The notes under the pieces: generated by a model | The model's input: the letters and a program-made list of their open reading frames with translations, nothing else | Databases searched by the model: none | What the model was told of the DNA's origin: nothing | IMG/VR virus record: IMGVR_UViG_3300027852_000007 | Direction: 5' to 3' (one strand) | DNA: 59,576 nt | Origin: a virus | Program-made: the position numbers and the translations under genes | Shown: one piece after another, positions 19,442 to 28,306 of the stretch | Position numbering within the stretch: the stretch's first letter is position 1 | How the letters are laid out: each line of letters starts with the position of its first letter

Positions 19442-20470
19442 ATGGGTTTTGCAGCATTTGCACAGGGCGCAGCCGGCGGTTTAATGCAGGGTTGGGAGGA
19501 TAACCGGGAGGCGGCGAAAGCGAAGGCGAAGGAGGCTTTTGCCCTTAGTCTCGAACAGTCCAAACAGGATGCCCAACGGGATCAAACGACACGGGAGATT
19601 GCCGCCCGTTCGGATCAGCAGATTATGGAAGGTGAGGCGCAGATGGAGTTGCAGCGTGCTAAAGACGCGGCGCAGATGGGGCGCGAGCGGGAAGGCAATG
19701 CGTCAGCAGAGCGGGTGGCGAGCATTAAGGCAGGGGCGGTAAAACCGGGCGACTACAAGTCTGAGCACCCGATTTACTGGAAGCATTACGATGACATTGC
19801 CGACGCCAGCAGCGCCCTGGACACCTGGTACAGTGAGCAGGTGCCCCTGGGCGGCGAGCCAAGCAAGGCTGTGGTCAATCAGTATAAAGATCAGCGCAAG
19901 CGTCTGATGGATCGGCGTGTTGCACTGGAGAAAGCCTTTGTGAATGAAAACCCCAGCGGAATATGGGATCAGAGCGCTTATGACGCAGCCGAAGCGGCGG
20001 GTCTTCCAACGGATGCGCCAGCAGGTGCCGACACCGATAAGGGTGGTGTGGACGCCGAACAAGAAGCGTTGAATAAGGCATCGCCGGAGCATCGAACCTC
20101 ATTAATAAAAGCACGAAAAGATGTTGAGGCAACCGAAGCGAAGTACACGGCAGACACCGACCGCATTATGGATGAAGCGGAGAATGAAAGCTGGAAGGGC
20201 TTGCAGGCCGGAGGTGCGGGGCAGTTTGGCCGTGTTGAGCGGGGCGGCGGTGAGGCGCGATTCAAGATGCGTAAGTCGCGACAATTGCAACAGGCCGATA
20301 CAGAACAGCGTGGTGACGGTAAGGCGTTTTTGGTGGATGAGTACAAGAGGTACAAGCTACAACAGTTACAGCGGATTACTACTGACAAGCGTAGCTCACC
20401 CGAACAACGGGCACGGGCATTCGCTCTGTACCAACAGCTTACGGGCGTAACTCTGGACGACAACCCTTGA
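19442..20470 (+). CDS. hypothetical charged coiled-coil virion protein
   Basis: 342 aa, highly charged (K/E/R/Q/A) with AGGAG upstream. Lies in the internal-protein block. Confidence 0.55.
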   Translation: MGFAAFAQGAAGGLMQGWEDNREAAKAKAKEAFALSLEQSKQDAQRDQTTREIAARSDQQIMEGEAQMELQRAKDAAQMGREREGNASAERVASIKAGAVKPGDYKSEHPIYWKHYDDIADASSALDTWYSEQVPLGGEPSKAVVNQYKDQRKRLMDRRVALEKAFVNENPSGIWDQSAYDAAEAAGLPTDAPAGADTDKGGVDAEQEALNKASPEHRTSLIKARKDVEATEAKYTADTDRIMDEAENESWKGLQAGGAGQFGRVERGGGEARFKMRKSRQLQQADTEQRGDGKAFLVDEYKRYKLQQLQRITTDKRSSPEQRARAFALYQQLTGVTLDDNP

Positions 20471-23400
20471 ATTCGTACCTCGAACAGTTCTATCCCTCCC
20501 GACTGGGGCCGACGCTCCCCGATGGGGCTGCGCCTCATGCTGATGCAGAGGACGAGGATGACTGGCAGATTACCAAGGGCTTTAAGTCGGGCGTTGATCA
20601 GGTTCAGGCCATGCTCTATGGGGCGATGGCGCTGGGCAGTGAGGCGCTGGGTGCGGAGGGTAGCCGGGACAGGGCACTTGAAGGCTATCATCGCAATATC
20701 GCTGAGGCGGGGCAGCACGCGGGCAATGTCACTACCTATGATGACATTGATTTCGACGAAGGGGTGCTGAGCGGTCTTAACGATGTTGCCGACTACGTGC
20801 TCTACGGTACGGGCAGTATCGCGCCCACTATTCTGTCAGCAGTGGCCGGCGGTGGTATCGGCGGTGTTGCCGGTAAGGTTGCCTTAAAGAAAGCGGTCGG
20901 CAAGATGCTCGGTGGCGCGGTGAAGAAGCGCAGCGCCGCACTGACGGCGAAACACGGTTTGAAGGTTCCGGTGGCGCAGCAGCGCGCACTGAGTGAGCTG
21001 GCCGGCAAGATTGGTCAGTCCACAGGCTTATTGGGTACAACGGTACCTATGGCGGCGGGCAGTATCTTCGGTGAGATTGTCGATGAGACGGGCGAATACG
21101 CCTGGGACAAGGCTTTAATTGGCGGCCTGGTTTCGGGCGGTTTCGAAGCCTTACCCATTGGTGGGGTGCTGAATAAGCTGGGCGTTGGGCAACTCGCTAA
21201 AGAGGGTATAAAAAAACTTTTCCGTACCAATGATGTGCTCAAATCGGCCTTGACCACAGCGCTGGCAGAGAGTGGCACTGAGGCTGCCCAGACGGTGGTT
21301 GAGAAGGCCACCGTTAAGTGGGTGGATGACAATTATGAGGTGTTTTCTGACCGTAATCGTCGCGAGATTATAGATTCCGCCCTGCTGGGTGGTATCGGCG
21401 GCGGCCTGATGGGTGCGGTAAGTGGGGCGGCACAGGGGCAGTTAAGCACTGACCCTGGTGACTTGCCACCAGCGCCCGCAATTAGCCCTGAAGCGGCGGG
21501 TGAGGCGGCGAGAACGCAGGCACAGGCACAAGGTGGCGACCCCCTTATACAGGTGGAGGCACAGGTAAATGCGGAGGATCAGCAACAGAAGATCAGCACA
21601 CCGGAACAGACGGCGGGCCTGGATGAGATCAACCAGCCTGACGAGGCGGCCACACCGGGTGAGGGAACCGAGCAGGAGTGGCAGGACTTTGCTGAACAGG
21701 TGGGTCTGAATGAGATCAACCAGCCGGAAGAGAATGCACAGCGGGTGGCACAGCTTGAGAGTGCTCAGGTACTCGACCCCGCTACCGGGGAATACACTGA
21801 CACCGCAACGGGTGAAATGCTCACCAATGAGCAGGCCGCCGAGAAGCGGGTAGCTGCGCTGCGCGCTAAAATTGAGAGTGCGCCTGAGCCTGAACAGGCG
21901 ATTGAATCAATTGATTATAAAGCGCCTGAGAAAGCGATTGAAACCGTTGATTATAAAGCGCCTGTAAGCGAAGCGCCTGATACTCGTAAGCCTGCGGAAG
22001 AGACGAATACACCAGCGGATAAGGTGGACACCCTGGCGAATGAGGCCCAACCATCGCCGGTCAACGACTTACCGGAACCGTCACGGGCGCAGATTGACGC
22101 GGGCAATTACCGTAAAGGGCATGTTCGGGTTCAGGGTCACGATATTAGCATTGAGAACCCCGCAGGGTCGGTGCGTGAGGGTGTGGATGCAGGCGGTAAA
22201 CCCTGGCGGCAAACCCTTAAAAATCACTACGGCTACATTAAGCGCACAAAGGGCGCGGATGGCGAGCAGGTCGATGTGTTGTTGGGTAATAACCTCAACA
22301 GCGACCGGGTGTTTGTTGTTAATCAAATTGAGCAGGAAACGGGAGCCTTCGACGAACACAAGGTGCTGATGGGCTTTAATAACCGGATGCAGGCGGTGCG
22401 AGCCTACCGGGATAACTACCAGAACGGCTGGAAGGTCGGTGAGGTCGAACAGTTCACTGGCACTGAGTTTAAGCGCTGGTTGAAGGAGGACGGCAATACT
22501 GCACCCGTGGACGAACAGCTTGAGGTCGAGGCTGAGCCAGCCCCTGTTGACAGCCCCAGTGATTTTCAGGCACTGGTCGAGAGGCAGGGCCGCAAGACAC
22601 GTAAAAAACCCCGTGTTCGCTATGCCAAAGGTAGCGGGGCGGCCATCCCCTTCGACGCTACAACAGAGGGTCGGGTCAAGGATTTGAAGCAGGCCCGCAA
22701 GACCTTGCGTGAAGATTTTAACGATGCCAAAAAACTGGTGGATGCAGTCGCAGAGCGGGCGGATAAGGCTGATGCGCCTGTGGTGAAAGATGCCTTTATG
22801 GGCACACATTACGATGCCGCCACCCTGAAACGCATGATCAACCGCGCAGCGCTCCGGGGTGAGGCGATGCCTGATAGTGTCAGGGTGGCGGCTGCTTATC
22901 AGCAGGCCAAAACGGTGACGCGCCAGTTTAACCAGCGGGATCAGGCGCTGGTAACAGCACTGGATCGTCAGACCGAGCGCCTGCACCGTGAGCAGCGTGA
23001 GATTGCCGACAGGCCAGCAGCGCAGCAACGCCATTATGATGCGGTGGCCGCTGCGGTGAAGTCGCTACAAACGCAGTTACCGGGTGCGCGTCTACAGGTG
23101 GTTAAGGATGTTGATGCCTTGCTGGACACCGTTGATGCAACGATGGGTCGCCAGATTAAGGCGGAACCGGGGTATCAGGGTTTGCGTGGTGTTTATGTCG
23201 GTGATACGGGCACCAGTTATGTCGTCGCGGGCAATGTTTCCGACATAAGGGAGGCGACGCAGGTGGCTCTCCATGAGTCTGTCGCCCACCACGGTTTATC
23301 GGTCTTGTTGGGTGATAAGCTGGATGCCACGCTGGACGATGTTTACCGCAGTGTCGGGGATACGGAGGGTTTCATCGCACTGGCCGGACAGTATCGAGCA

Positions 23401-23757
23401 GACCTGGACACGGTGCAGGGTCAGCGCATGGTGGCGGATGAGTACATTGCGCAACTGGCGGAGGATATTACCCTGGCACCCGGACTGATACGGCGTATCA
23501 TCACAGCGGTGCGCGAGGCCTTACGCAAGCTGACGGGCACCACTACGTGGTCGGATCAGGCGATTAAGGATCTGCTCATGCGCTCGGCACAGAATCTTCA
23601 GCAGCGCCCATTACAGGCGGTGGAAATTAGCGAGGATATGCGCATCAGCGAGACGGGGGAAACGGTTAAGGTGACGGTCAACGCACAGGTGGCGCTACGG
23701 CGTACCGATAAGCGCATGGCCGTATTAAACCGCCTGAAAGCGTGTGTTGCTGCCTGA
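20467..23757 (+). CDS. large internal virion / ejection-type multidomain protein with an inorganic-pyrophosphatase-like domain
   Basis: 1096 aa. The Gly-rich N-terminal part looks membrane-associated. The segment at about 22105-22490 resembles family-I PPase (ISIENPAGS..., [30 protein letters not shown]). The C-terminal part carries [11 protein letters not shown]. Confidence 0.6.
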   Translation: [1096 protein letters not shown]

Positions 23758-23777
23758 TAGCGTGAGCGAGGGAAGAG

Positions 23778-24176
23778 ATGCAGGAAATTAGCGAGACTGA
23801 ACTGAGTGCTTTGCGCAAGGCCGGGGCCAAGGTGGTAAAACCGCTGCGTAAGGTCGAGCCTACGGATCAACAGCAGCAGGAAAAAAAAGCGCTACTGATC
23901 CGTGAGAATCAGCAGCGTAATCACGAGCAAATGCTGGAGACATTGAAGGACATGGTAGTGCAGCAGCAGACCTTTGCAAAGGTTCTCGCGGATTTAATCG
24001 CTACCCTGGGTCAGGAAGTTACGGTCAATGTGCCAGAAATTAAAATACCCGAAATTGTTTTACCGGGGATCTCATCACAACCTGAGCCTGCGAGGGCGTT
24101 TCGCTCGGAAGTACATCGTGACGCACGGGGCTTTATTGAGTATATTGATAATGTACCGTTGCCGTTCAAGGATTGA
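23778..24176 (+). CDS. hypothetical protein
   Basis: 132 aa with GAGGGAAGAG upstream of the ATG. Confidence 0.55.
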   Translation: MQEISETELSALRKAGAKVVKPLRKVEPTDQQQQEKKALLIRENQQRNHEQMLETLKDMVVQQQTFAKVLADLIATLGQEVTVNVPEIKIPEIVLPGISSQPEPARAFRSEVHRDARGFIEYIDNVPLPFKD

Positions 24177-24242
24177 ATGCTTCGACATCTTTTGAGAAAA
24201 AAGAGCGAAACCAGAAAACAAAAATAAAACCAACGCACAAGG

Positions 24243-24590
24243 ATGTTGCGCATGGAAAAACCTCTGACAGCCCGTCTGTTTACCGTAGAAATGATAATTT
24301 GGCTCTGCACCACGATATTTCTATTTGGTGTCGGTTATGCAGTATTGGCAACGGAAAGCGATTCTCACAATAAGGCTATAAGCGACCTGGAAATTGCGGA
24401 AAAAGAAGTTGTCAGCAGCATTTCAGACATCAAAATCAGCGTTGGCTCTATCCATGCCCAACAAAAAGCCATGTCTGATCACTTCAAGTCGCAGAAAATC
24501 AACATCGACAAGCGCATGGACAGGCAGGAGTCGGATATACGCGACATCCTCAATATCCTTCGAACCAACCATGAACAGGTGCATCCCTGA
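24243..24590 (+). CDS. membrane-anchored coiled-coil protein (holin- or i-spanin-like candidate)
   Basis: One N-terminal transmembrane segment (MIIWLCTTIFLFGVGYAVLA) followed by a charged helical region. Alternative start at ATG 24252. Confidence 0.4.
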   Translation: MLRMEKPLTARLFTVEMIIWLCTTIFLFGVGYAVLATESDSHNKAISDLEIAEKEVVSSISDIKISVGSIHAQQKAMSDHFKSQKINIDKRMDRQESDIRDILNILRTNHEQVHP

Positions 24591-24952
24591 TGTTACTCAT
24601 CAGTGAGGAACACGAGCGGATACTGATGGCACTCGCGGCGGGTTGTGCCGCCAGTTACCCTGTCCATGCTGTACCGGAGTCCTTACGGGTGCTTGCCGGC
24701 TGGTATTACTGTGTATTGCGCATGGCATTGCACCGCGCCATGGGGGATGACGACGAGACGCTGAAGGCGGTGGAGGCCACTTGTAGAAACCTTGATGTGT
24801 CAAGCACGGCGATGTCGCGTGCGGGCAGTCTGTCAACAGAACAACGGAAGGCCGTGGCGGATGAGTTTGTTGCCCTGTGTGTTATGTCACCAACATGGTG
24901 CGACAGCGTGGCACAGCGCATGGTGACCCGTTATCTTGAAGGAAGGGCTTGA
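24590..24952 (+). CDS. hypothetical protein
   Basis: 120 aa with ATGA overlap to the previous gene. Confidence 0.5.
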   Translation: MLLISEEHERILMALAAGCAASYPVHAVPESLRVLAGWYYCVLRMALHRAMGDDDETLKAVEATCRNLDVSSTAMSRAGSLSTEQRKAVADEFVALCVMSPTWCDSVAQRMVTRYLEGRA

Positions 24953-25233
24953 AATTGGCGAAGCAGGGAAGCGGGGCTGGTATAGAAGCAACATTAAAAG
25001 AGCGCGAAAGCCGCTATGGTGACTTTGCCGAACATGCGCGAATCACGCAAAGCATTAAAAGGGCTATGATGAACAGCCCTAACTGGGCGCGTCTTACGGA
25101 TGACAAGCGTGAATCCCTTGAAATGATTGCCCACAAAATTGGACGAATTTTAAACGGAGACCCTGAATACAGGGACTCATGGCACGACATTATTGGCTAT
25201 ACAAAGCTGGTGGATGATGTTTTAAAACCCTAA
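24949..25233 (+). CDS. small conserved phage protein (RxxYGDF ... DSWHDIIGY pattern)
   Basis: KERESRYGDFAEHARI...MIAHKIGRILNGDPEYRDSWHDIIGYTKLV resembles a recurrent small phage family (I recall it as DUF6378-like, but am not certain). TTG start. Confidence 0.45.
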   Translation: MKLAKQGSGAGIEATLKERESRYGDFAEHARITQSIKRAMMNSPNWARLTDDKRESLEMIAHKIGRILNGDPEYRDSWHDIIGYTKLVDDVLKP

Positions 25234-25251
25234 TTTCTAGCGCAAGGATGC

Positions 25252-26607
25252 GTGATGACTGATATTTACGTTAAATCCAGTGGCTCCAATACCTCGCCCT
25301 ACGATACCTGGGCAAAAGCATCGAACAATATTGCCACGGCCATTTTAGCCGGAGCAGAAGGGGATCACGTCTATGTTGATTATCAGTATGTCGAAACGAT
25401 AACAGCAGACACCGTACTGGATTTCTTCACAGGCCTGACAAATCAGCCAATGCGCCTGATCTCGGTTGACCCTACGGGCAGTCCAGAGCCGCCGTTGGCA
25501 TCCGATATGTTAGCGGGTGCAAAGATGAACATTACGGGTGCAAATACGGATCTAATAGTCAGGGGGTCTTGCTACATCTATGGAATGATCTTCGAGGCCA
25601 CGGCAGAGTTGCAAAATAAAGATATTAAGATTCAGGGAGCAACATCTAGCTCAGGCTCCGTTTTTCAGGTGTTTGATAACTGCGAAATCAAGAACCTGGC
25701 GACAGGCGCAGGGGCAGAAGTTGATATAGGCTACAGAGATAACGCCAATTTTAAGCATGTAGTTGTCCTTCGAGATACGGACATACACCTCACTCAAAAC
25801 GCGATAATAATGACTTCCTGTGAAGTGTACTGGCTGGGCGGAACAGTCGGACGGATGCCAACCGCCAACACTTTGATTGCGGTGCGGGATAACAATGGGC
25901 GCGGCGGGTATCTTGAAGTGCGCAATGTTGATTGCTCTGTTGTTACTACAGGGGATACCCTGTTTGATTGCACCAAACGCGATCAATGGAATGTGCTGGC
26001 GACTAATTGCCGCGTCGGTAGTGGTGCTGCGTTGCTTTCAGTAAGCGCATTAGAGTCGTTCTGGTCGAATGCCAAATTCTATAATGTGAATAATAACGAT
26101 TCGACGATGGTGCAGTTTCTGGAAAAAAACGGCTTTGGCTCCGCTGAATCTGAAACGTCAATCTATCTCGATGCCAGTGACGGCACCACCAATTACAGCG
26201 CAAAAGTCATTACAACAGACAGGGTGCATGAGGCGACGATCCCCTATCGTTTTCAAATCGGCGTGGCGTGGGTAGATGGCACTGGTGATAAGACTGTGAC
26301 GGTCGAGATTGCCAGAGACGGTACGAGCACGGCTTTACAGGACGATGAAATCTGGATTGAGGCGGAATGGGCTGATAGTACGGCGGCCATTGGCAATACT
26401 GCCAACAATAGAGCCGCAACGGTAATGACGACTCCCGCGAATCAGGCCAGCTCAACTGCTGCCTGGACGGGACTGGGTGGCACCAATAGCAAGCAAAAGC
26501 TGGAAGTGACCATCACAGACCGTCGCCCCGGCCCTGTCACGGTATGGTTGTATGTCGCCAAACCTACGACGACAGTTTATGTTGACCCGAAAATAGGGGT
26601 GAGCTGA
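25252..26607 (+). CDS. right-handed beta-helix-like tailspike or depolymerase candidate
   Basis: N-terminus IYVKSSGSNTSPYDTWAKASNNIATAILAGAEGDHVYVDYQY is the typical opening of pectate-lyase-fold proteins. 451 aa. Confidence 0.45.
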   Translation: MMTDIYVKSSGSNTSPYDTWAKASNNIATAILAGAEGDHVYVDYQYVETITADTVLDFFTGLTNQPMRLISVDPTGSPEPPLASDMLAGAKMNITGANTDLIVRGSCYIYGMIFEATAELQNKDIKIQGATSSSGSVFQVFDNCEIKNLATGAGAEVDIGYRDNANFKHVVVLRDTDIHLTQNAIIMTSCEVYWLGGTVGRMPTANTLIAVRDNNGRGGYLEVRNVDCSVVTTGDTLFDCTKRDQWNVLATNCRVGSGAALLSVSALESFWSNAKFYNVNNNDSTMVQFLEKNGFGSAESETSIYLDASDGTTNYSAKVITTDRVHEATIPYRFQIGVAWVDGTGDKTVTVEIARDGTSTALQDDEIWIEAEWADSTAAIGNTANNRAATVMTTPANQASSTAAWTGLGGTNSKQKLEVTITDRRPGPVTVWLYVAKPTTTVYVDPKIGVS

Positions 26608-27620
26608 TGGCTGCACGGCAATACCCTCACCCAGACGCAGGCACTATCAATGATGGCTCAACGGGTATCGAATACCCCATTGGCCCAATTGGGGTGCTCA
26701 ATGAGGCGGATTCGACCACGATTGCCACCACCTGGAGCACAGCCACAGGGTTGAGCACCGCGCGGTATTTTCTTGGCGGCTGTGGAACACAAACAGCGGC
26801 CCTTGCGAGCGGTGGGTTTGTTGCGGGTGCGGTAACATCAACTGAAGAATATAACGGCACAAGCTGGTCAGCCGGTGGCGCGTTGACAACGGCGCGCTAC
26901 ATTCATGGTGCCTGCGGCACACAAAGCGCTGCACTGGCGATTGGCGGATTTAGCACTGTACTACTAGACAGCACTGAGGAATACAACGGCACAAGTTGGT
27001 CAGCCGGTGGTACATTAGCGACTGCCCGCTACACCACGGCTTGCGGCACCCAAAGCGCAGGGCTGGCGATTGGCGGGTCTGGTGCAAGCATGCTTGCCTC
27101 ATCGGAAGAATATAACGGTACAAGCTGGTCAGCCGGTGGCACATTAGCGACGGCGGTAGCACTGCATTCAGCCGCCGGCACCCAAAGTGCGGGTCTGAGT
27201 TTTGGCGGCGATGATGGCCTTGCGACGGATGCCTGCGAAGAATATAACGGCACGGCATGGTCAGCCGGCGGTGATTTGCTTGCGCCACGAAGCGGCGGTG
27301 GCGATGGCGGCACTCAAAGCGCGGGGCTTGGTTTCGGCGGGAATGATGCAGCGGAAACACAGGTTGCTACGACGGAACGCTATGACGGCAGCACCTGGAC
27401 GCGGGGCGATAGCATGATAACTGCAAGGGGATACATAGCTGGCGCTGGCACACAAGACCTTGCACTGAGTTTTGGCGGCGCGATCGGTGAAGTTCCACAG
27501 ACAAACACGGAAGAATATGGACAGCCGGTGGTATCCAGCGATATTTTCCGCGCTATGCAGCGCATGGATAGAGGGTTTGGTGCAGCGCGGTCGTCCGGGC
27601 TGGGGGGCGTACTTCAATGA
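26607..27620 (+). CDS. Kelch-type repeat beta-propeller protein
   Basis: Six repeats of about 45 aa: EEYNGTSWSAGG-L-TARY--ACGTQSA-LAIGG. The repeats are also visible in the DNA (gaagaatataacggcacaagctggtcagccggtgg at about 132-135-nt spacing). Confidence 0.7.
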   Translation: MAARQYPHPDAGTINDGSTGIEYPIGPIGVLNEADSTTIATTWSTATGLSTARYFLGGCGTQTAALASGGFVAGAVTSTEEYNGTSWSAGGALTTARYIHGACGTQSAALAIGGFSTVLLDSTEEYNGTSWSAGGTLATARYTTACGTQSAGLAIGGSGASMLASSEEYNGTSWSAGGTLATAVALHSAAGTQSAGLSFGGDDGLATDACEEYNGTAWSAGGDLLAPRSGGGDGGTQSAGLGFGGNDAAETQVATTERYDGSTWTRGDSMITARGYIAGAGTQDLALSFGGAIGEVPQTNTEEYGQPVVSSDIFRAMQRMDRGFGAARSSGLGGVLQ

Positions 27621-28258
27621 GTGAAGCAATGAGTGTTGCAACCACATTACCCGACCAAAGCGCGATAGTTGCCCTCCTTGATACCGATGATGCGGCTTAT
27701 ATCGACGCGCATATCCATGAAATTCAGGCGGTATGGTCGAAGCGGCAGATATTCCGCACCGAGACGGAAATGCGTATTTCTGTGCTCAACGATACGAAAT
27801 TCCCCACGCAGGCCGCGAAGTATTGGCAGGCGGTGCGGGAGTTATCGGTTTTTTATCAGAATTTAATTACCTTGTCGTTTGACTACCGACGCAACGGTGT
27901 GCAGCAGCAGAAAAAAGCGCAGGACATTGACGACGAACCCAATGAATTAGACCGCGAGCTGTTGGACATTGACCTGGAAGAACTTAAATTCGCGCAATTG
28001 AATATGCAGATGACAGCCCGTGACCGTATGCGGGAAATTAAATTGTGGTTACAGATGATGGCGGAATGTGTGGAAGCTGACCCGGATTTTGATACCGAGA
28101 ATGTCGACACGCATCAACTGGAATCCTATGTGATGCGCTTTAAAAACGAAGCAAAGCATGTCACAGCGCAGACGGCAAAATCCGAGCGGGTTAACCTGGA
28201 CGGACAGTTTAAAACGGCCATGCGACATTTGAATGGGGCGGGGTTGCCGGAGCGTTAA
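27617..28258 (+). CDS. hypothetical protein
   Basis: 213 aa, helical and charged, with ATGA overlap to the Kelch-like gene. Confidence 0.55.
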   Translation: MSEAMSVATTLPDQSAIVALLDTDDAAYIDAHIHEIQAVWSKRQIFRTETEMRISVLNDTKFPTQAAKYWQAVRELSVFYQNLITLSFDYRRNGVQQQKKAQDIDDEPNELDRELLDIDLEELKFAQLNMQMTARDRMREIKLWLQMMAECVEADPDFDTENVDTHQLESYVMRFKNEAKHVTAQTAKSERVNLDGQFKTAMRHLNGAGLPER

Positions 28259-28306
28259 AGTGCGTGGAAAGGATTTCCACAAAAGCAAAAAAAAGGATTT
28301 TACATT

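Noticed and set aside
19978-20718. 246-aa minus ORF, and many similar long antisense ORFs (5521-6075, 7703-8272, 22081-23034, 33722-34454, 44032-44704, 47911-48519, 48861-49536, 49572-50283 and others)
   Set aside because: All lie fully inside longer genes that carry motifs or sit in operon context on the other strand. They have Arg/Ser/Pro/Cys-rich compositions typical of antisense frames of GC-rich coding DNA.
24394-24606. Embedded +1-frame ORF (70 aa) inside the TM/coiled-coil gene as an Rz1-like o-spanin
   Set aside because: There is no lipobox (no L-x-x-C after a signal-like segment), and the composition is Ser/Thr/Arg/Lys-rich as expected of an off-frame read.
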